A stretch of DNA of 49,352 bases from Candidatus Nomurabacteria bacterium (GTDB taxonomy: Bacteria; Patescibacteriota; Minisyncoccia; Phycocordibacterales; UBA9973): positions 1-49,352 of the forward strand of contig JACPLQ010000020.1 in assembly GCA_016186435.1 (NCBI GenBank), read 5' to 3'. This document shows positions 15,587 to 22,214 of this stretch, one piece after another. The stretch's first letter is position 1; each line of letters opens with the position of its first letter. The translations under genes were made by a program, and so were the position numbers. Below the pieces are notes generated by a model that saw only the letters and a list, made by a program, of their open reading frames with translations, was not told the DNA's origin and searched no databases.

Positions 15587-15659
15587 CCCAGTACTAAAAT
15601 TTTAAATTTTTATTTTTAATGGTTATTTATTTTACTCAAAAATTTAGTACGGGACAAGT
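15587..15659 (-). promoter_or_regulatory. leader stem-loop, copy 2 (ribH); its 5' arm lies inside the ribE 3' coding end
   Basis: Minus strand reads ACTTGTCCCGTACTAAATTTTTG...TTTAAAATTTTAGTACTGGG|ATG(15586). 73 nt. Confidence 0.6.
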
Positions 15660-16215
15660 ATTTAGCAGTTATATCAAATTCCAGATTCACCAAATCGCCT
15701 TTTGTCTTATATTTTAAATTGGTGTGTTTCAGAGTATGTGGAATGACTTTTATAACAAAAGAATCTTTTAAAACCTTGGCCACTGTCAAGCTGATGCCCT
15801 CAACCGCAACCGACCCTTTGTAAACTAAAAACTTTTTAAACTCTTTATCCGGCAACTTTATATCAAATACTTTTGAATTCCCCTCTGTCTTTATGCCAAG
15901 AATTTTACCTCTTCCGTCAACATGCCCCAGTACTATGTGACCGTGGAGCCGGTCATTCAAACGCATCGACTTCTCAACATTCACTATATCCTCTTTTTTT
16001 AAAAAGCTCAAATTGGAGAGTTTCAAGGTCTCCGGCATATACTCAAAAGAAATGTTTTTGCCGACTCCTTTTATTGTGGAGCAAACTCCGTTTACAGCAA
16101 TGCTTTCACCTTTTTTTAATTTCCCAAGATTGTTGTAAACTTCCAAGTTAAGACCACTTTTACTCAGCTTTCTGCTTTTTACTTTTGAAGTTTTGGATAT
16201 TATACCCGTGAACAT
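15616..16215 (-). CDS. ribE: riboflavin synthase
   Basis: The N-terminus MFTGII is typical. Start set at the ATG 16215, which directly follows the conserved ...AGTACTGTG arm. The track start at 16218 is a GTG one codon upstream. Confidence 0.9.
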   Translation of the reverse strand: MFTGIISKTSKVKSRKLSKSGLNLEVYNNLGKLKKGESIAVNGVCSTIKGVGKNISFEYMPETLKLSNLSFLKKEDIVNVEKSMRLNDRLHGHIVLGHVDGRGKILGIKTEGNSKVFDIKLPDKEFKKFLVYKGSVAVEGISLTVAKVLKDSFVIKVIPHTLKHTNLKYKTKGDLVNLEFDITAKYLSRTKFLSKINNH

Positions 16216-16234
16216 CACAGTACTAAAATTTTAA
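16216..16234 (-). promoter_or_regulatory. half copy (3' arm only) of the leader element, in front of ribE
   Basis: Minus strand reads TTTAAAATTTTAGTACTGTG|ATG(16215). No matching 5' arm found upstream. Confidence 0.45.
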
Positions 16235-16241
16235 ATCTTTC

Positions 16242-16538
16242 CTAATTTGCGCGAGTTTCAAATTTTTTAAACTCTCGCAAAAATTTTTTTATCGTGAGAG
16301 TTGCCTCTTTGCCGTATGCATCCCCGTCATATCCTATCAAATGCGCTTCAACTTTTTCTCCGGGACCGATTACTATTCCCGCTTTATACTCTTGATTGTC
16401 TAAAATCGCAGTCCCCGCGTATATACCCTCTTTTTCTTCACTTGGAGGCAAAACCTCCAAGTTCACCGTCGGGAATCCCAGTTTCTTGCCATACCTCTCT
16501 CCCCGCACTACTACTCCGGAAATTTTAATAGCCTTCAT
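16242..16538 (-). CDS. stand-alone riboflavin kinase domain protein
   Basis: 98 aa with the RibF C-terminal-domain pattern GVVVRGERYGKKLGFPTVNL. No FAD-synthetase domain. Confidence 0.8.
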   Translation of the reverse strand: MKAIKISGVVVRGERYGKKLGFPTVNLEVLPPSEEKEGIYAGTAILDNQEYKAGIVIGPGEKVEAHLIGYDGDAYGKEATLTIKKFLREFKKFETRAN

Positions 16539-17874
16539 CGTTTAATCTATCGTCTATTCTATTCATGTCTCGAGGAAACATGGATGCTTCGCGGATATTT
16601 TTTAATTCCAAAATTTGCATCGTGATGCGTTCAGCTCCCAAAGCAAAACCGCCTTCGGGCGGCACTCCGTATTTAAATGCTTCCAAAAACATTTTGATTT
16701 TATTCGGGTCCATTTTCCAAATTTCAACATGCTTCATAAGCTGATTGTAGTCGTTGATTCTTCTGCCGCCCGAAAGCCACTCTACGCCCCGGCATAATAA
16801 ATCCATGCCTTCGTTATACTCCGGTTCCTCTTGGCTCGGGTAAACATAAAATGGCTTTTTTCGGGTCGGGTAGCCGTAGATGAAAACAAAATCCGAACCT
16901 GTTTCTTCTTTTACGATTTCGCAAATTTGCCTCTCGTCCTCCGGATTGGTATCTTTTTCGCCTCGCACATCGCGCCCGAATTTTTCAAAAATTTTCTGTT
17001 GGATGTCTCGTAGGGACAAGGTCGGCGTTTTATCTATCATCACCGGCAGTGTTGCGTTCAAAAGTTTTAGGTGCTCAGAGTTTTTTTCCTGTACCTGTTT
17101 CAAAATATATCTGACTGTTTCTTCAGCCATGTCGCGAACATCCGTCCAGGCATCTATAAAACCCATTTCTGCGTCCAAAGAGACTATTTCCGTCAGATGT
17201 CGAGTGGTAGAGGATGGCTCCGCGCGAAAAACTTTATTCACTGAAAAAACTCTTTCAAAGGCGGACATTACTATTTGTTTATAAAGTTGGGGTGATTGGG
17301 TGAGATATGCTTTTTTATTAAAATAGTTAACTTGAAAAACTTCACTACCCCCTTCAGCAACGGCTGGCGCAATACTAGGCGCTTGAAATTCAAAAAACAT
17401 ATTTTTTTTCATAAATTCCCGAAACGAATCTATGACCGTCTCCTGAACTTTAAAAATGGCCTGAACTTTCGGCTGTCTTAGAACTAATGCTCTGTTATTT
17501 AACTCTGTGGTAATGTCTAGGTTGTAGCCTTCCAGGGACATGTCAAACGGCAAGGGTGCCGCTTGGGACAAAACTTCAATACTTAAAACTTCAAGTTCCA
17601 GCTCACCATTTAAAACTCCTGCCTTGATATTTTTTTCCGGACGTTTGTTTACTTTACCTGTCATTTTAAGCACCCATTCCAGCCTAATTTCTTTTGCTTG
17701 TTCTATAGCTTCAGCATGGCTAGGCAAGACCACACACTGCGCTTTGCCCGTCATGTCGCGCATATCAAAAAAAACCATTTTGCCTTGGTCGCGCCGCACA
17801 TCCACCCACCCTGCGATAACCACTTCTTTACCAATGTTATTTTTCAAATCCTTTATATAAATCCGATTTTTCAT
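16525..17874 (-). CDS. aspS: class IIb aminoacyl-tRNA synthetase, archaeal/eukaryal-type aspartyl-tRNA synthetase (AsnRS not excluded)
   Basis: 449 aa. N-terminal OB fold, class II motifs (FRAEPSSTTRHLTE, GFALGAERITM). Confidence 0.75.
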   Translation of the reverse strand: MKNRIYIKDLKNNIGKEVVIAGWVDVRRDQGKMVFFDMRDMTGKAQCVVLPSHAEAIEQAKEIRLEWVLKMTGKVNKRPEKNIKAGVLNGELELEVLSIEVLSQAAPLPFDMSLEGYNLDITTELNNRALVLRQPKVQAIFKVQETVIDSFREFMKKNMFFEFQAPSIAPAVAEGGSEVFQVNYFNKKAYLTQSPQLYKQIVMSAFERVFSVNKVFRAEPSSTTRHLTEIVSLDAEMGFIDAWTDVRDMAEETVRYILKQVQEKNSEHLKLLNATLPVMIDKTPTLSLRDIQQKIFEKFGRDVRGEKDTNPEDERQICEIVKEETGSDFVFIYGYPTRKKPFYVYPSQEEPEYNEGMDLLCRGVEWLSGGRRINDYNQLMKHVEIWKMDPNKIKMFLEAFKYGVPPEGGFALGAERITMQILELKNIREASMFPRDMNRIDDRLNDEGY

Positions 17875-17882
17875 ATGGAGCT

Positions 17883-17891
17883 AGTTTATCA
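17883..17891 (-). promoter_or_regulatory. extended -10 box TGATAAACT, 8 nt before the aspS ATG (17874)
   Basis: Minus strand: TGATAAACT-agctccat-ATG. Confidence 0.45.
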
Positions 17892-17938
17892 TAAAAAAAT
17901 ACAAAAAGAAAAAGGGGGCTGTCGCGATAGACCGCCCC
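17891..17938 (-). terminator. intrinsic terminator after the 97-aa ORF
   Basis: Minus strand: GGGGCGGTCTATCGCGACAGCCCCC followed by TTTTTCTTTTTGTATTTTTTT. Confidence 0.7.
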
Positions 17939-17993
17939 TCCCTTCCGATATGCTCGCCAGTTACGCCGGCAAGTTTAGCGCCTGTTCTGCGAC

Positions 17994-18287
17994 TCAGCGG
18001 CAGAAAAAGTATCCGCGGTGCCGCTCGACGGGAACTGCGCGAACAGCACTGCGGCGCTCATAGATTCTTACCTTTGGCAGATCGAGATCCACATCCTTGC
18101 AGGAAAGAACGTGGTGAATCCACGACCCTTTCGCTGTACGACTGATTCTGAACTCTTTGTCTTCGGGCTCTCGAGTACATCCACACGAGAGCTTGGTAAA
18201 TCGCGGCGGCACCGTGAGAAAATCCCGTCCACTTTTTACCGCCTCAACAAACCACTCCTCGAGAAATACTGCCAAAGATTTTTTCAT
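17994..18287 (-). CDS. hypothetical 97-aa Cys/His-containing protein in a GC-rich island
   Basis: ORF preceded by GAGAGGAtat-ATG. Followed by an intrinsic terminator (17891-17938). Visibly more GC-rich than the neighbouring DNA. The C-terminal third looks like random GC-rich translation, so coding status is uncertain. Confidence 0.4.
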   Translation of the reverse strand: MKKSLAVFLEEWFVEAVKSGRDFLTVPPRFTKLSCGCTREPEDKEFRISRTAKGSWIHHVLSCKDVDLDLPKVRIYERRSAVRAVPVERHRGYFFCR

Positions 18288-18497
18288 ATATCCTCTCTAT
18301 TCTCTTGTCGACGAACGAATGTATCTTCGTTATCTACGTAAACGAAAACACCCGCCTTAGAGGTCAGGTGTTTGAGTTGTAAGTTTTGGTTGGAGTTTTT
18401 TTTACAGCGCAAATATCTGGCCTCTAGGGTTAGGGCTAAAAAAGAAGAAATAGCTATTTGCGGAAATACTTATTTTTGGCTGTAAATTTTTCATTAC
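18288..18497 (-). promoter_or_regulatory. long structured 5' leader with internal terminator-like hairpin (riboswitch/attenuator candidate)
   Basis: Nested helices: TTTACAGC/GCTGTAAA (18401-18408 with 18479-18486) and GCAAATA/TATTTGC (18409-18415 with 18455-18461). The hairpin AAACACC/GGTGTTT (18346-18373) is followed by a U-rich tract on the minus strand. Confidence 0.4.
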
Positions 18498-18503
18498 TTA
18501 TGC

Positions 18504-18531
18504 ATTATAGCATATCCATGAAACAATGCAA
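18504..18531 (-). promoter_or_regulatory. strong sigma70-type promoter TTGCAT-16 nt-(TGc)TATAAT heading a roughly 210-nt leader
   Basis: Minus strand: -35 at 18531-18526. Extended -10 TGCTATAAT at 18512-18504. Confidence 0.55.
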
Positions 18532-18549
18532 GTACCTGTGGAAAACTTT

Positions 18550-19500
18550 CTAGTATACATTCACCCCTACCTTTTCCCGTACCTCGGCCATCTTGGCAGC
18601 TGCTATCTTTTTGGCTTTCTCGCCACCGGCTTTGAGTATTGCCAAGGCCTTTGGTATATCTTTTTCAAAAGCTTTTCTTTTTTCTCGAAGCGGAACGATA
18701 AATCTCTCTAAATCTTCAATCAGCATTTCTTTCAGTTCTTTGTACTTCCCCGCCTTTTCTTCATAAATTTTCTTCAGTTCGCCTTCAGGTCTTATTAGTT
18801 TATGAATAGCGTATACATTTTTCGGAAACCCTCCTACTGAATCAGTTACTATACTCATCACCGCTTTTTTTATTTCTTCATATTCTGCAAAAAGAGGAAT
18901 GGTGTTATTGTAGCTTTTGCTCATTTTCCTTCCATCCGTCCCAGGCACAACCGCCACATCTTTCATAATCATTGGCTCCGGCAACTTGAAGGTTTCTCCG
19001 TAGACATTGTTGAACTTCATCGCGATATCACGGCAGATTTCCACATGCTGTTTTTGGTCGGCGCCAACCGGCACCAGATCCGGGCTGTAAAGCAGTATAT
19101 CCGCCGCCATCAAAACGGGGTAGTTGAATGTGCCGACGTCTATTTCTTTGTCCTTCGCCAAGGCATCCTTGAACGCGTGCGCGCGCATGAGATACGGCAT
19201 GGTGGTGATAGTGTCAAATATCCAGGTAAGTTCCGTATGCTCGGAGATATCGCTTTGCTTGAAGATTGTAACTTTTTTCGGATCTAGGCCAATGGCTAAA
19301 AAATCCAGCAATACGGCGATAATGTTTTCCCGCATTTCTTTTGCATCCCGAAGGGAATGGAGGGCATGATAGTCCACTATAATGACGAACCCCGCATACT
19401 CTTGCTGTAGCTCCACAAACTGCTTCATCGCGCCGAAATAATTCCCTATATGGGGTCTTCCTGAGGGCTGGATGCCTGATAAAAATATCTTTTTTGACAT
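18550..19500 (-). CDS. trpS: tryptophan--tRNA ligase
   Basis: 316 aa. HIGN-type motif (GRPHIGNYFG) and KMSKS. Confidence 0.93.
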   Translation of the reverse strand: MSKKIFLSGIQPSGRPHIGNYFGAMKQFVELQQEYAGFVIIVDYHALHSLRDAKEMRENIIAVLLDFLAIGLDPKKVTIFKQSDISEHTELTWIFDTITTMPYLMRAHAFKDALAKDKEIDVGTFNYPVLMAADILLYSPDLVPVGADQKQHVEICRDIAMKFNNVYGETFKLPEPMIMKDVAVVPGTDGRKMSKSYNNTIPLFAEYEEIKKAVMSIVTDSVGGFPKNVYAIHKLIRPEGELKKIYEEKAGKYKELKEMLIEDLERFIVPLREKRKAFEKDIPKALAILKAGGEKAKKIAAAKMAEVREKVGVNVY

Positions 19501-19507
19501 ATCTATA

Positions 19508-19516
19508 ATATTAACA
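19508..19516 (-). promoter_or_regulatory. extended -10 box TGTTAATAT, 7 nt before the trpS ATG (19500)
   Basis: Minus strand: TGTTAATAT-tatagat-ATG. Confidence 0.5.
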
Positions 19517-19547
19517 TTTTAGTAACATATTTACCAACTTTACAGCT

Positions 19548-19576
19548 TTGACAATTTTGACCCTCTGTAAGAGAAT
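19548..19576 (+). promoter_or_regulatory. sigma70-type promoter TTGACA-17 nt-GAGAAT, 6 nt before the dnaB ATG (19583)
   Basis: -35 at 19548-19553, -10 at 19571-19576, then aaatct-ATG. Confidence 0.55.
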
Positions 19577-19582
19577 AAATCT

Positions 19583-20998
19583 ATGACAAAAAATATTGCA
19601 TTTAGTACGAAGGGCGCGAAAACAAACCTGCGTATTCCTCCTCAAAGCATCCCTTCCGAACAGGCAGTCTTGGGCTCCATCATGCTCCGCAAAGACGCCA
19701 TGCATGAAGTGGAAGACATGGTAACTCCGGAATCTTTTTACGTTGAAAAGCACAAGATGATATTCCGCGCGATGCTTGACTTGTCGGTAAAAAACGAACC
19801 GATAGACATGCTTTCTCTTTCCACAAAGCTCGGGGAGCAGAAAATCCTTGAAGCAGTCGGGGGCAATCAGTATTTGGCTGAAATCGTAAACCTCGTCCCC
19901 TCTTCTACAAATGTAAAACACTACGCTGACATAGTGCAGAAAAAATATGTCTTGAGAAGCTTGATAGAAGCGGCAGACTATGTTTCCGAACTTGCCTTTG
20001 AAGAAGGCGATGATCATATGGACGATATTTTGGATATGGCGGAAAAGAAAATTTTCCACGTAGTATCCAGCCCGAAAAATCAAAAATATGTAAACTTAAA
20101 AGATGCCCTGCCGGAAGCTTATGAGCGCTTGGAAAAATTGCATGAGAACAAAGGAATGCTCCGCGGGCTCCCGACCGGATTCAAAGATTTAGACACCATG
20201 CTCTCCGGCTTGCAGAAATCCGATTTGATAATTCTCGCCGCACGGCCATCTATGGGTAAGACTACTCTCGCTCTTGATATTGCCCGTATGGCTTCTACCA
20301 CGCATGAAAAATCTGTCGTTATATTCTCTCTGGAAATGTCTTCCCAGCAATTGGTGGACAGAATGCTTTCTGCGGAATCCCGAGTCAATGCCTGGAACTT
20401 GCGCACGGGACGCCTTTCTTCAGATAGAGAATTTTCCCAATTGCGCGACTCGCTGGACAAACTCGCAAAAGCTCAAATTTATATTGACGACCAGCCTGGA
20501 AACTCTATCGTTCGGATGAAAGCTCTTGCCCGCAGATTAAAAGCAGAAAAAGGAGTTGACCTTATCGTTGTGGATTACTTACAGCTTATGACCACTTCCA
20601 AAAATTATGATTCTATGGTCAACCAAGTCACCGAGATATCGCGTTCACTCAAAAGTTTGGCCAAAGAACTGGATGTCCCCGTTTTGGCGCTTTCGCAACT
20701 TTCTCGCGCAGTGGAATCGCGCGGTGGCAAGCCCCGGCTTTCCGACTTGAGAGATTCCGGCTCCATTGAGCAGGATGCCGATGTGGTCATGTTCATTCAT
20801 AGGGAAGACAAAATGAAGGGCGCAGAAGAATCCGAAAAAACCAATATCGCGGAAATTTTGATAGAAAAACACAGAAACGGCCCCACCGGAAAAATTGAAC
20901 TTTATTTTGATGAAAAGACCACTACGTTCCTAAACCTTGAAAAGAGCAACATCAGCGAATTTGCTCCAACAGTAAGAGGTGATTTAGATGAATTCTAA
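19583..20998 (+). CDS. dnaB: replicative DNA helicase
   Basis: 471 aa. Shows PPQSIPSEQAVLGSIM, Walker A AARPSMGKTT, and the DnaB C-terminal RecA fold. Confidence 0.95.
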   Translation: MTKNIAFSTKGAKTNLRIPPQSIPSEQAVLGSIMLRKDAMHEVEDMVTPESFYVEKHKMIFRAMLDLSVKNEPIDMLSLSTKLGEQKILEAVGGNQYLAEIVNLVPSSTNVKHYADIVQKKYVLRSLIEAADYVSELAFEEGDDHMDDILDMAEKKIFHVVSSPKNQKYVNLKDALPEAYERLEKLHENKGMLRGLPTGFKDLDTMLSGLQKSDLIILAARPSMGKTTLALDIARMASTTHEKSVVIFSLEMSSQQLVDRMLSAESRVNAWNLRTGRLSSDREFSQLRDSLDKLAKAQIYIDDQPGNSIVRMKALARRLKAEKGVDLIVVDYLQLMTTSKNYDSMVNQVTEISRSLKSLAKELDVPVLALSQLSRAVESRGGKPRLSDLRDSGSIEQDADVVMFIHREDKMKGAEESEKTNIAEILIEKHRNGPTGKIELYFDEKTTTFLNLEKSNISEFAPTVRGDLDEF

Positions 20999-21005
20999 AA
21001 TGGAT

Positions 21006-21116
21006 CCCGTACGAAATCGCGGACGCATATAAGTAAAATAATGAAATTCATTCAATCGATTATTAATAATAAAATAAAGGGAATAGCGTAAGTGTACGCG
21101 TCCTATTTCGTACGGG
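21006..21116 (+). promoter_or_regulatory. diverged leader stem-loop, copy 7 (recR)
   Basis: CCCGTACGAAAT-cgc-GGACGC (21006-21026) pairs with GCGTCC-t-ATTTCGTACGGG (21098-21116), which directly abuts ATG 21117. Confidence 0.55.
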
Positions 21117-21752
21117 ATGGACATTATAGACAGGCTAACCGAAGTGTTCAAAGAGTTTCCGGGAATCGGCGAACGGCAAGCAAAGCGCTTTGTATATTTT
21201 TTAATGTCCCGCAATCCTGCATATGCGGAAAATTTATCGGAACTAATTTTGGAATTAAAAAAAGAAATCGCCCAATGCAAAGAGTGCTTCAGATTTTTTA
21301 TATTGAATAAAGGAAAAGAGAAATTATGTGATATTTGCGGAAACGTGAACACCGACTCCTCTACCCTGCTGGTAGTTGAAAAAGATTCAGATTTAGAAAG
21401 CATTAGAAAAAGTAGAGTGTATAATGGGAAATATTTTATCCTTGGCGGTCTTGTGCCAATCGTAGAGAAGACTACAAAGAGCCGGGTGCGAATTGAAGAA
21501 TTGAAAAATAAAATAAGTAGCGAGGCAAGGCCTAGCTCGCTAGGCCTTGCCTCGCTGAAAGAAATTATTCTCGCATTTTCCATCAGTCCCCAGGGTGATC
21601 ACACAGATACGTACGTGCGAGCCGAACTAAAAGAAATAGTCGAAAAATCCGGCATAAAAATTTCCTCTCTAGGCAAAGGCCTCTCCACCGGCACAGAACT
21701 GGAATATTCCGATAACGACACACTCAAAAATGCCTTAAAAAATAGACAATAA
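21117..21752 (+). CDS. recR: recombination protein RecR (carries an in-frame palindromic insertion)
   Basis: HhH N-terminus (FPGIGERQAKR), C4 zinc finger (CKEC...CDIC), Toprim region. Confidence 0.9.
   Translation: MDIIDRLTEVFKEFPGIGERQAKRFVYFLMSRNPAYAENLSELILELKKEIAQCKECFRFFILNKGKEKLCDICGNVNTDSSTLLVVEKDSDLESIRKSRVYNGKYFILGGLVPIVEKTTKSRVRIEELKNKISSEARPSSLGLASLKEIILAFSISPQGDHTDTYVRAELKEIVEKSGIKISSLGKGLSTGTELEYSDNDTLKNALKNRQ
21519..21556. repeat. GC-rich palindromic element, family 1, in frame inside recR
   Basis: AGCGAGGCAAGGCCTAGC-tc-GCTAGGCCTTGCCTCGCT, encoding SEARPSSLGLASL. Confidence 0.7.
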
Positions 21753-21783
21753 AAAAACGACTAGGTCTTGCCTAGTCGTTTTT
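21751..21783. terminator. bidirectional terminator between recR and rplU
   Basis: AAAAAAACGACTAGG-tcttg-CCTAGTCGTTTTT. 9-bp stem flanked by an A-run and a T-run. Confidence 0.75.
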
Positions 21784-21786
21784 CTA

Positions 21787-22104
21787 TTATTTTATAGAAG
21801 TTATTTTTACTTTAAAGAAAGGCTGTCTGTGGCCGTTGCGGCGCAGGTAGCGGGATTTTTGCTTGTATTTTACTACTAGAATTTTTCTTGCTCGGCCGAT
21901 TTCTACGATTTCTGCATCTACTTTTGCGCCGTCGATGTACGGAGTGCCGATAGTAGTATCTTTACCGTCGTCAACCAAGAGCACTTTATCAAAAGAGAGC
22001 TTGTCCCCTTTTTTAAATTCGCCTTTAATTTTCTCAATAGAAACAAAGCTCCCTTCGGAGACTTTGTACTGCTTGCCGCCTGTTGTTATAACTGCGAATT
22101 CCAC
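21787..22104 (-). CDS. rplU: 50S ribosomal protein L21
   Basis: MEFAVITTGGKQYKV... is a typical L21 sequence. GTG start. Confidence 0.92.
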   Translation of the reverse strand: MEFAVITTGGKQYKVSEGSFVSIEKIKGEFKKGDKLSFDKVLLVDDGKDTTIGTPYIDGAKVDAEIVEIGRARKILVVKYKQKSRYLRRNGHRQPFFKVKITSIK

Positions 22105-22110
22105 CCTTGG

Positions 22111-22116
22111 ATATTA
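22111..22116 (-). promoter_or_regulatory. -10 box TAATAT, 6 nt before the rplU GTG (22104)
   Basis: Minus strand: TAATAT-ccaagg-GTG. Confidence 0.35.
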
Positions 22117-22126
22117 GCTTAAATTT

Positions 22127-22135
22127 TGTTATAAT
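22127..22135 (+). promoter_or_regulatory. extended -10 box TGTTATAAT upstream of leader copy 4
   Basis: TGTTATAAT-gcaagt-CACCTGTCCCG... Confidence 0.55.
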
Positions 22136-22141
22136 GCAAGT

Positions 22142-22214
22142 CACCTGTCCCGTACTAAATTTTTGATTACGGGACATAACGATAAATATTATTATTTAAA
22201 ATTTTAGTACTGGG
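22142..22214 (+). promoter_or_regulatory. leader stem-loop, copy 4 (AI-2E permease)
   Basis: CACCTGTCCCGTACTAAATTTTTG...TTTAAAATTTTAGTACTGGG|ATG(22215). 73 nt. TGTTATAAT box 6 nt upstream of the element. Confidence 0.6.

Noticed and set aside
16216-16241. FMN (RFN) riboswitch expected upstream of rib genes.
   Set aside because: The spacers in the cluster are only 26-29 nt, and the upstream gene overlaps. There is no room for an RFN element, and no conserved RFN sequence was seen.
17940-18290. The GC-rich island as an RNase P or tmRNA gene rather than a protein ORF.
   Set aside because: None of the conserved boxes of those RNAs is present on either strand. An ORF with a plausible N-terminal half, a purine-rich pre-start sequence and a terminator fits at least as well.
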